64,000 bases of DNA from Fimicolochytrium jonesii (taxonomy: Eukaryota), in NCBI RefSeq assembly GCF_025526975.1, contig NW_026515677.1:372001-436000 (forward strand). Reading direction: 5' to 3'. The translations under genes were made by a program, and so were the position numbers. The notes under the pieces were generated by a model. That model did not search any database. It was not told where the DNA came from and worked only from the letters and a program-made list of their open reading frames with translations. Positions 1 through 9,179 of this stretch are shown here, piece after piece (the first letter of the stretch is position 1; the number at the start of each line of letters is the position of its first letter).

Positions 1-1977
1 CGCATTTAGCACCTAATGTCCAGGGAAACCCGTAAACCCATAAATCGTCGTTGATCGTGCCGGAAGGCGCGACGTTGATGAATAAAGCGATGCAAATGCG
101 GCGTCGGAAGGAGGTGCTTAGTGCGGTGGGTAGTGAGGTCGGATACTAAGCAACCTCCTCCTCGTCCATACACTCTAGAGGACTACGGTCCTCGTCCAGA
201 GCAGATTTTATCATTATTATATCCTGCCCAGCTTCGGCCGGCCATATAGACAATGAAAAGTGTTTGTGGTTAAAAGGACGGATGCATATATTATGTATCT
301 CGCTGCTCGCCAGTGGTTGTCGTTGAAATCACATTTCCACCAAGGACAACTATTAGAGCAAACTTCTTTAGGCGTCCTGATTTGGATCATGGTTTTTTGG
401 TCTCTCCTCTCCTTCAAGGAGGTAAATTTCCGATGGTCCTCAGTGAGCCCCTTAGGGAGATGTACTGTAAGCCCTGACAAGGATAAATAGCGAGGTTAGG
501 AGCTGGCTAGAGGGTAAGGCTCATAAATATTCGTTGGGCAACCGCCCCCGGCTTGAAGCGCGTTCTTGGGCACAAGTATCCCTCAACAGGGCCCTCAAAA
601 CGATCAGCTGGCTATATCCCCTGGATTCTACGTTCACATTTGAGAATCACACGAGGGGTATCGGCGAAAGGCATCAGCTGGGTGGTTCCCCTTAATTTTG
701 AGGTCACTGGGTCTCAAAAGCCAGTCAGCTTGGGTTTCCCAAGGATAATAATGTAGTTTAAATCGTTCCCCCTTTATCAACATCAAGGAAGAAGTTGGGC
801 TTATCTCACCGTAAAAAATGGGTAACACGTAAGCTTGACCTCCAAAGTTACGCGTGTTGGGCTGCAACGCATAGGCAGAAATCGTGGGCCCTAGATCCTT
901 CCCGGGTGCGGGTAGAACAGGACATCGTGCCCACATCCCCCTCTGAATCGTTTCTCGTCCGTCCTTGCCCTTCTCACTTCTATCGATCAATCGTATGGTA
1001 CGTTTTTCCGTGCGTCATCACACAACATAACCGACGCTCTTGTTCTCTGAAAGTTCATAGGGGACCACCATCTCGCCGCCATCTCCCATCGCTTTCCGAC
1101 CTGGTTCATAAGGTGACATTTCCCCACGATAGTGCATCTTCCCAGCGAAGGCGTCAGTAAGTGTTGGATTTTTGCATGACGTCCCTCCTTTTCAACGTCG
1201 CCGCCGCTTCTCCGTCGTCCGCCGCCATCTCCCACCACTCAACGCGCCTGCCGATGGTTGGACAACATCCTTCCACTAAGCAGCTTCCTGTAAGTGTCTC
1301 GCTATATGAATTGGACCTCACCATAACAGACGCGTTCCTTTCCTTTTTGACGCGCAACGGCCGTGTCATTCAGGCAAGCACAATTCCCAATCTGCGGTGA
1401 CCCCGAGCACGAATTCCAGCCGCACACTGAACACTCCCACTCTAGCGAAGTTGTAAGTTCGCGTGGCTCCTACGCCACGCGCCCGCGGGCAGTGGAAGGT
1501 CGAGGGTCCATCTTAGCCCCAGCTCCAGGGGCCCTAGGACGGCTGATTAGACGCAGTGGCGTGGCGGTACAGAACTGGAAGTGCGGAAGGGGCCTGTGTG
1601 CTGGAGAGGGTGGTCGGTTCTGGGGCCCGTCGTCCGCTCCCGCCGCCCTAAGTAACGTGCGGTACAATATTCATGCGCCTTAGGACATACCAACTTCCAG
1701 GGGCCAATTGTGAAAACATGGTATTCTCTTATACTGTATCTACGAGGTACATACAGTGAACTGTATTCAATGGAAGCGACAGATTCCGGAACATCCGTCA
1801 ATCATGACGACGGATAGGTGGAAAATCATATCTGGCGTATGAGGGTGATGTGATGAGCACTGATGGGGGAATCATTAGCAGCATGGATGGGGGGAGGAGG
1901 TTGAGGGTTGTTTGTTGGGTTTAGGGTAAGGATTGGTTGCAAACCATGTACATACAAGCCTTCTCTGTGTTGTGTAT

Positions 1978-2976
1978 TCACGCCCCCACCCGACGTCCAT
2001 GGCTTGCCAAACAATCTTCGAACCCATTTTCAAGTTCATATGCGATTTCTTTCAAAGGGGTGAACGGGGAGAGTGGTCCCACGACAAACAGAAATGGTTT
2101 AAGGCTATCATCCTTCTCCTCCGGGACGTCGGGATGGGTGAGTGCATACTGAACCCGTTCCGCCCATGCTTTCCTGCTCTGTGAGCTGCTGCCAGCGCCG
2201 CTTCCACCGCCGCTTCCACCAGCATTTCCACAATCTCCTCGCCCAGCACCACCGCCACGTTGGTCAGCATTAACACCACCTCCGGCAACAGCATCCGCTT
2301 CACCTCCGTCAGGCTCACTATCTTTCGAGTCTTCTTCTTGGTTGTCATCGTATCTAACATTCCTCCAGTATCGCCAATGATATCTCAATAGTTTCTTCTT
2401 TTCATCTGGGGCGATGGTGACAAAAATTTGACCTTGATCATCCTTCGGGTGGACAACCAGTGCTCGACCTGCGTTGTCACGAGACTGGCCTTTTTCAATT
2501 TTGACACTCTCAAAAACGACTTGGCACTTGACGGGGTGGGAGAAGTTGAGATATGACCTCTGACCCTCAAACAAACCGTCCGGCACGAGATGAATGCCTT
2601 CTGGGGGCTGATTCCTCAGACATGGTGCGTCCGCAACGGGGACGAACCGGTGGGCATAGACCAGGTGGGAGGATGCCACAAATACAGTCGCCACCTCATC
2701 CTCGGGATCGTATCGGTGTACCAAAATCGGGTGATACTTGGGGTCACGGAGACGGCGGTAGGGCGGGTTGGTCGGGTCGCCAGCTGAGAATGTTCGTTGA
2801 ACTTCAGGAGATGTTGGACTTTGGATACATGGAAGGTTTGTGGGAAACGACGATTCTGCTGGTGTCGCTTGGTTGATTTCGGCCGGAAAGACTATGTAGC
2901 CCAGATAGAACTGGTTCCGGTTCAAAGTGGTCCCCCGTCTTGTCGCCGCGCTCGCGGCATAGGTGGAGGCAGCCAT
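1978..2976 (-). CDS. Hypothetical intronless protein (332 aa from ATG 2976); N-terminal half has a PemK/MazF-like motif pattern, C-terminal half acidic/Gly-rich
   Basis: Open frame 1978..3072; first ATG at 2976 (MAASTYAAS). Motifs KYHPILV..VATVFVASS..RFVPV..RSYLNFSHPV..IAPDEKKKL. Fold call is by eye only. Confidence 0.55.
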   Translation of the reverse strand: MAASTYAASAATRRGTTLNRNQFYLGYIVFPAEINQATPAESSFPTNLPCIQSPTSPEVQRTFSAGDPTNPPYRRLRDPKYHPILVHRYDPEDEVATVFVASSHLVYAHRFVPVADAPCLRNQPPEGIHLVPDGLFEGQRSYLNFSHPVKCQVVFESVKIEKGQSRDNAGRALVVHPKDDQGQIFVTIAPDEKKKLLRYHWRYWRNVRYDDNQEEDSKDSEPDGGEADAVAGGGVNADQRGGGAGRGDCGNAGGSGGGSGAGSSSQSRKAWAERVQYALTHPDVPEEKDDSLKPFLFVVGPLSPFTPLKEIAYELENGFEDCLASHGRRVGA

Positions 2977-3046
2977 GACGCAGTTACTGTGTATGCGCTT
3001 TCCCGCAATCGTAATCAAGGCGAGGTTACCGTTCCCGCTCGAAGGT

Positions 3047-3462
3047 TCAGCGCTCACATACGTCTTCGGCAAGCGCGTCGCTCTCTCTCACTTTTTGCCT
3101 TCCGCGCGAAACCCTTTTTCACACAGACATCTCTTCTTGCAACCCCACGGCCTCTGCCGACAGGCCAACGGCCACCCAAGTATTGTAGTAGGATATGTGC
3201 ACCAGAGGCCACTCTTCAAAACTGTTTCATTACATTTTTTTTATCTTCTTTTAAAAACAGAGAAATGCCTACTTTAACTTGCTTCATCAACGTCAAAGAC
3301 AGAAGGCTCCTCGTCGCTTTCCTCTCCCGCAACGCCAGCCAGAGTCCGCTCTTGCACCTTGCTGTTGCGCCATTCCCAAAAGGAATGCAGTAAAAAGGAA
3401 GGCGGAGAAGGAACCAGAAACAGAGACGCTGCAATCGACGCGCGGGCGTATGTGAGCGCTGA
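3047..3462. mobile_element. Non-autonomous DNA transposon (MITE), 416 bp, 16-bp TIRs, 10-bp TSD
   Basis: Left TIR TCAGCGCTCACATACG (3047-3062) is the exact reverse complement of 3447-3462; identical flanking direct repeat GCTCGAAGGT at 3037-3046 and 3463-3472; no credible internal ORF. Confidence 0.85.
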
Positions 3463-3472
3463 GCTCGAAGGT

Positions 3473-3665
3473 CCTGAAGCCTTTGCTCCGTCTAGGCAGT
3501 CGAGTATACAAGTTGCCATCATCGGCGACGCCTCAGGCAGAGGTACAATGATGTGGATGGCAGATAACCACCACGGAAAATGGGATGGGGTGAAATCTAG
3601 ACTACCTACGGTTACGGGAGAATGCGTCTGGTCTGCGGCCATTGCCAAACACCACCGAACGCACA
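3473..3665 (-). ncRNA. Candidate Fanzor omegaRNA region (boundaries unknown)
   Basis: Immediately 3' of, and overlapping the end of, the Fanzor ORF, where Fanzor/TnpB guide RNAs are encoded; minus-strand hairpin GUGGUGG-UUAUCUG-CCAUCCAC (3574-3553) and a possible stem at 3663-3623. Confidence 0.4.
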
Positions 3666-6600
3666 ATCGAGAGGAAATTCTTGGTGCTCAGGACGTCCCG
3701 ATTGTGCACTCTCATCCGTAGTCGTAGTGGTCGTCGTCTTCCAGGAATCTCAAATGGCGTCCAGTCTTGGTTGATACATTCAGGGTTGGGGCAACCCACC
3801 AATCCATGGACGAATTCCATTCTCCCCTTTCTAGCTTGCCATGGCCGAGATGACAGCCGCTGTCGGATGTTTTTCTTCACACGGCCGTGGCAGTCGGGGC
3901 ACACGGACGACTTTCGATACTCATCCAGCAAGTAGCATGGAATGCTGTTTCTCGCAAAGAGTGTGCGGAATCTGTTCCATGATGAGTTAGCATATTATAG
4001 TACATAAAAAACCATGATGGTCACTCACCCTTTGGTCTTTGATGACTCCTGAAAGCGCATCGTTTTCCCAGCATCGCTCCAATCACCCAAGATGACCGAA
4101 AAATGCTTTCCATACCGGCGTCGCATGTTCTTAATGAGCTTGCTCTCAGACCTTTGCCGCAGTGAGAACGCCTTGAATCTGCGAGCGACATGAATCTCAT
4201 CCCGGTAAAACTCATCCAGGGCGGGATCTGGGATATAGATGGATGTCAGCCCATGGATTACTAAATTTGAAAATCACAATTGAAGTAGAACATCATACCC
4301 GCATGTACGTGATCCACAATGAACGCTGAGAACGCCTCGATGTTCATGCTCTTGTGCGATGGAATCTGTGATTCCATCTCAGCAACGCCGGCATTGATCT
4401 TCCGCTCTGTCATGTCTCTCCGAAAGTACCGCGACTTTGTCTCGACCGCCCGTTGATTGGATGTATATCTGATGAGGGGCGGTGTTTTGTGAGAATGTGA
4501 CAACGGATGGTGGGGACAGTGAAGGGGGGGGGGGGATGGTGGGGATGGGGACGAGGACAGGGTTGGCCTCGACACCGTCATGCAGGTCATCAACATGGGC
4601 CACGCGACGAGCGATATGACGCGCGACGGCGACAAGCAAACCAACCGCGGCCGCTCCCTCATTGGTCGCTCCCTCCGCGGCCGCTTCCCATCGACAGCTC
4701 CGTGCTCGTCCAACTCTATCAACGAACTCCTCGCCCAGATCCGCGACGGTGGCAAAATGGCTGTGGAAGCCGCCAACGCCGTCTGGACCGACTTCGTTGC
4801 CCGTGTCCGCAAACAGGGGAACCACCCCTTCCAAGTCAACGTCCGCAAACACCTCCGCACCATCTTCCGCAAAGTCGAGGGTTGGGGGGGGGGGGGGGGA
4901 TGGTGGGGACAGCAGGGCAGTAGTAATCTGAAACTTACCGAAATGGCCGCTCCTTCTTGTTGTCTCGACAGAATAGGAGGTCACGCTTGCCCGGATCAAT
5001 GCAGACGATGTTTGGAGCCTCCCTTAAGTCGTCAATGTGGTGCTCAAAATACAGCTGCTTGACTTCTTCCCGCATTTGGGCCTTGCTGCGCTTCCGGGCC
5101 CGATACCCATACTTGAGCCCTGGCTTCTTGAAGTGGATGGTAACGGAATACCCGTCGGTGCTAATTGACCCATCGAACTTGAGACCAAGCTTCTTTCGAT
5201 GTTTGAAGACCTTGTCCTACAATCCGTCATTCAGCGACGTAATCTGATTGAATCAAGCACAGAAGGGTACAGACTTAACTTACATTCACGTTGATAAACT
5301 GCCCCCACAGCTCCCGCTTGCGTTCATCAGTGGGTTTCCCCATGCGACGGCGGCTCAAGCCCAAGATATGAGTGGCTAGGATCTTCGTGTCGATCCGAAC
5401 AGACGACTGGATTCGAGATTTGCGCAGCGGGATAGCGGAAAACAGCCGCATTCCACGGCGCTCATAGAGGCGTGAGAGCTCACAATAGGCACCTGGTGAG
5501 GCAGGTGTGGACCATGATTAGACAAAAGAGGAAGCCGAGGGGGGGGGGGGCAAAGGGGGCGAGTGGTTACGTCGACGCTGTGGCGGTGGGCAAGAGCATC
5601 GGCCGTGCCCCGGGCCCGCTGTGCGCGCACTGGGGGCGTCGTCGAGGCGGGGGAGGAGGGGGCGAGAAGGGGGGGGGGGGTCGGGGGCCCGCAGGAGCCA
5701 AGCGTGCGGGCGCCCAGCGGCGACAGCGCAACGCGAACCACGTTGGCCGGGGTCCCGGCAGGCAGCCACTCGACCAGGTCGACATACCAAGGGAGGCACT
5801 GTCGGTCGCCTAGCAAGGACCCGCGCAAACGCCGCGCGAACTCCCAGTGCTGCTGTATGCCCACCGCCGCGAGATGTGGGCTTGAGCGTGTATGTTCGGC
5901 GCGCCATCGGCGATGGCAACAGCGCATCGCGAATCACGTCGGCCGGGGTCCCGGCTCGCTGCGCAGCACGCACGAGCTGGAGGGGGGGGGGGGGGGGAGA
6001 GTGGATAAATGTACAGGATGCAACTCACCTAAATATGGCATTGCGTCCACATCAAGACTGTATGCAAGCGGTTCATCCTGGGGAGGAAACAGAGCCCATA
6101 AGTCGTCGAGGAGAGTCCGCTCAAGTCGTGTGAGGCCGGCAAACTCCTCTTCGGTTGGGTACTCTTCAAATGTCGCGTACTTTCTGAATTGACGGACACG
6201 CCAATAATACTGTTGGCGCTGCGCTCGGCTGACTCCGGCTCTCCGAAGATGCAGTACGACTTGCTTCAAACCAAGCCTTTCATTGACGTAGCGCAGAAAC
6301 ATTTGCATGAAATGCTCTTGTACGTTAACTTTGAGGTTTGTGAAGATGCTCGTAGCCGTGTACGCCGCGGTCTGTTGGCTATTTCGCATGCGGATGGGGG
6401 CAAATCCGTGAACATTACGGTACTCTTGAACCCGTGGACGCAACTCTTGCGCTATGACCGGATTGCCGTTATAGCCCGGATTGTTTAGTAGCTCAAATAT
6501 CACACTACTGTGCTTGTCGGTGATGTCCGGGAAATCGTGTAGAGGATGATCAGCTGTGGTGGGGTGGGCAGATGTAGCAGTCAGGACATTGTTATGGGAA

Positions 6601-7173
6601 ATATTATGGGAAATATACAGTGTACCTCAAAAACTCACCAAGGTAGTACTTGAGGAAGAACGTGGTGTGGCGCGCAAGGACCTGAACATCGGCGATGAAC
6701 GTTGTCAGGCGCTCCCTTTGGACTTGATTGTGATTTTGGATGATTCGGTGAAGCGAAACCTTAGTGCTGGCATGTGTTTGCGGGCGGGGTCGTTGAGCTG
6801 GTGGTGGTGGCGGGGGTTCATACACCAGGGATCCCGGTGTGCTGGGAAAAGGGAAAGGGATGGGAGCTGGGAGGTTCAACGGACGCTGCAGACCCCTGTC
6901 CGCGGGTGAGAGCCCTCGCTGCTGTTGCTGTTGCCCGTCTTCATCGCCGGAGCTCTCGCTAACCATGTCTGCAATTGCTTGGGGCAAGTGGCGCTGGACA
7001 GAAGGTGGGAAATCGAATCGCGGGGGTTGCATTGGTGTCTGCACAGCGGTTGGCGGATTTATGGGCAGCCGCGGGGTAACCGGAGTAACCTTCCTCCTCT
7101 TCCGCCGTGGTGTGGTTGCTCCCGTAAAGAAGCCACCCCACCGGTGCCCCTGGAGCGCCTGGTGTGATGACAT
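3602..7173 (-). CDS. Fanzor1 (eukaryotic TnpB/Cas12-related RNA-guided DNA endonuclease), 7 exons, 761 aa, frame intact
   Basis: Manually spliced exons 7173-6639, 6553-6029, 5492-5284, 5216-4939, 4468-4299, 4227-4029, 3971-3602 (2286 nt, all GT-AG, phases consistent, no internal stop). Motifs: FSAIPLRKS..VRIDT, FDGSISTDGYSV, RuvC-I CIDPGKRDLL, RYTSNQRAVET, ILGDWS, LLDEYRKSSVCPDC, HGLVGCPNPEC, RuvC-III HNRDVLSTKN, RRPDAFSR. Confidence 0.92.
4520..4912. other. GC-rich insert in Fanzor intron 4, bounded by G12/G16 tracts and a 15-bp direct repeat
   Basis: GGATGGTGGGGACAG at 4505-4519 and 4898-4912; removing the insert leaves a 77-nt intron like the others (57-85 nt); insert reads as a coding-like frame on the plus strand. 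Confidence 0.7.
5551..5997. other. GC-rich insert in Fanzor intron 2, bounded by G12/G16 tracts
   Basis: G12 at 5539-5550, G12 at 5669-5680, G16 at 5982-5997; internal 37-bp direct repeat 5723-5759 / 5919-5955 (3 mismatches); removal leaves an ~89-nt intron. Confidence 0.65.
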
Positions 7174-7434
7174 GATGGCCGTGCTGTGCCTTAAGTTCAG
7201 CCGAGACAGGTGTTGCAGGTGATCGCCTTGATAGCTGTGTGTCAAAGAACTCAGTGTTGTGGTAATGAAGCTGAGAACGGTGAGGAATTGCGGTTGTTAC
7301 CTGGTGGTGGTCGGCGAGTACACATCTGCTCGCAATTGCGCTGGGTTCCGGTAAGGCCGAGCGTGAAGGCTGTAAGCAGTGTACAGTAAGGAGCGTGAGG
7401 AGCGCGAAGAGTAGAGTGGGGATCCCCACGTTCT

Positions 7435-7450
7435 TTTACACGCGTGTAAA
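7435..7450. promoter_or_regulatory. Perfect 16-bp palindrome TTTACACGCGTGTAAA containing an MCB-like ACGCGT core
   Basis: Seen directly, ~260 bp upstream of the Fanzor ATG; function is inference. Confidence 0.35.
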
Positions 7451-7707
7451 GGATGTGGGTGTTGTGGAACTCGTTACTTTATTCCCCTTTCACACACACC
7501 ACTCGTTTTATAGACATTCGATCGGACGGTCTGCCCACACACACAACCAGCTCTCTATCTGCAGAGAAGAAAAAGGGGGGGTACGGTAGCTATAAAAAGG
7601 AAGCTGTGGCTGAAACTGGCTGTTTACAACACTCCCTCTCAGACTGCAGATCGAATTCAGTCCGCAGTCGCCGTCGCAGTCGCTCTGCATGATCCCATAG
7701 AACGTTC

Positions 7708-7878
7708 CGCTCTCAACTTCCGCAATCGCTTGAGTCCAGATCGGAGTAGGAGCCGGACTCGCGATTCGCTCTTCAAGTCACGATCGCTTGAGTCCAGATC
7801 GGAGTAGGAGCCGGGCTCGCGATTCGTTACGCCCTGAACTTTACGCCATCAACTTCCGCCATCGCTTCCGCCATCGCT
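7708..7878 (+). repeat. Left array of ~58-bp tandem units (2 copies) plus extra CTTCCGCCATCGCT motifs
   Basis: 7725-7768 repeated at 7783-7826 (1 mismatch); core CGCTCTCAACTTCCGCAATCGCTT at 7708-7731; related motifs at 7851-7878. Confidence 0.85.
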
Positions 7879-8258
7879 GATCTCGACGCTTCCAGTGCTG
7901 AGCACGACCGCCGCTTGCGGGAGGTCGACCGGCATGGGATGTGTTGTCGCTTCGCCGTCGTAGTCGTGAATGCCTCGGTAAAAACCTCTCCCAGTCGCAA
8001 AAACCTCCGTGAGGAAAAATAGATCCTGGGAGTAGGAAAAGAGCGCATCGCTGTATCAGGCAACATCGGCCTTTCGGCGCAACCCTAGAGCGTGAACAAA
8101 CTTCCAGTGTTTGTTTTCATCTAGGGATTTGGTAAATATATCCGCAACGTTGTCGTGCGTATTGATCTGAGTGATTTCTAGGGCAGCGGCGGCGGCGGCG
8201 GCGGCTTCTCTGGCGTTTGGCGTAGTAGCTGCGTTAACTGTGTTGGCTCTCGCTCAAT

Positions 8259-8744
8259 GTGGACTTCCCAACGGCGCTAGTCCCGTCAACCATCCACACA
8301 CCATCAACATTGATGGCAATCTCCACTACACCCACGGCGGCGACAACAACAACAACAATAAACACGGTTCCGTCAACTGCACAACCATTGAACCATTCAA
8401 CGGCGGGGCCAGAAGAGGAGAACCCACCGGTCCATCACATGAGCAGGGGAATTCACACGGTGCAAGACTTATGGCGGGAATGGACATACGGACTCGGAGG
8501 TGGGCCACCAATTGAGGTGTTGGAGAGGAAGTGGGGTGCACGCTGGCGGAAAGGGAACGAGCAGAGGTTTTTCAACCGGCGGAAGGTCATTATTGACTTT
8601 GTGAAGAGATGTGCTGATAAACGGGAAGGAGGTATATGTCCGGGCAACATTGACGTAGTGGTGGGCCAGCTAGAAGAGCTCAGGGTGAGGCAGGAACGGT
8701 CCTTAGATTGGATCTCAAAGAACATCAGAACAATAACATTGTAA
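8259..8744 (+). pseudogene. GCR1_C DNA-binding domain fragment, typical of the C-terminus of fungal Crypton tyrosine-recombinase transposons and relatives; 5'-truncated
   Basis: HMSRGIHTVQDLWREWTYGLGGGPPIEVLERKWGARWRKGNEQRFFNRRKVIIDFV..SLDWISK; no recognisable recombinase domain upstream. Confidence 0.75.
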
Positions 8745-8827
8745 ATTGGTGAGAGCGGAAACGATTTCTGTATCATAGACCTATTGCTATTGCTATGGTG
8801 TCCGGCGGCGAAGCAACTATGACAGCG

Positions 8828-8966
8828 AAGCGATTGGGAAGTTGAGAGAGCGTACCGCGAGACTGCCCCTATTCCGGGCTGCCCCAAGCGATTGCGGGAG
8901 TCGAGAGCGTACTGCGAGACTGCCCCTATTCCAGGCTGCCCCAAGCGATTGCGGAAGTCGAGAGCG
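8828..8966 (-). repeat. Right array of ~57-bp tandem units (~2.4 copies), inverted relative to the 7708-7826 array
   Basis: Units start at 8828, 8886, 8943; 8943-8966 matches the reverse complement of 7708-7731 at 23/24 positions; the rest of the unit also aligns. Confidence 0.85.
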
Positions 8967-9179
8967 AGTATATATCCCGCCAGATGGTAGCAAATCAGGT
9001 AGCAAATCCCCGGGGAACCTTATGAAGTTGACGCGTGCACATCAATCTACGCGGCCCACGGTGAACCAACGCTCTTCCATCCATCCATCCATCCGTCCAT
9101 TCGCAAAGCAAGCACAGCTATATATATAGGCATCCATCCATTCATCCATCCATCCGTTATCGAAATCGAAATAGCAAAT

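Noticed and set aside
440..1710. Recurring GGGCCCT(AG)-like motifs and short ORFs
   Set aside because: Short, irregularly spaced, no TIR/TSD pair and no recognisable protein.
1900..1932. TTAGGG-like sequence as telomeric repeat or telomerase template
   Set aside because: Single degenerate occurrence within a G/T-rich 3' flank.
3047..3462. hAT classification of the MITE (CAG-starting TIR, 8-bp TSD)
   Set aside because: Shifting the boundary to CAG destroys the duplication; only the 10-bp TSD is exact.
3590..3605. CTAG just after the Fanzor stop as a Helitron 3' end
   Set aside because: Not followed by the expected T on the coding strand, no properly spaced hairpin before it, and no Rep/helicase nearby.
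3500..7700. Terminal inverted repeats enclosing the Fanzor gene
   Set aside because: No convincing inverted match found by eye between the 3' flank and 7200-7700; element ends remain undefined.
7708..8966. CRISPR-like array next to a Cas12-related nuclease
   Set aside because: Units are contiguous tandem copies with no unique spacers, only 2-3 copies per side, and inverted between sides.
9077..9155. (CATC)n tracts upstream of YRB1 and other short microsatellites
   Set aside because: Ordinary simple repeats with no further structure.
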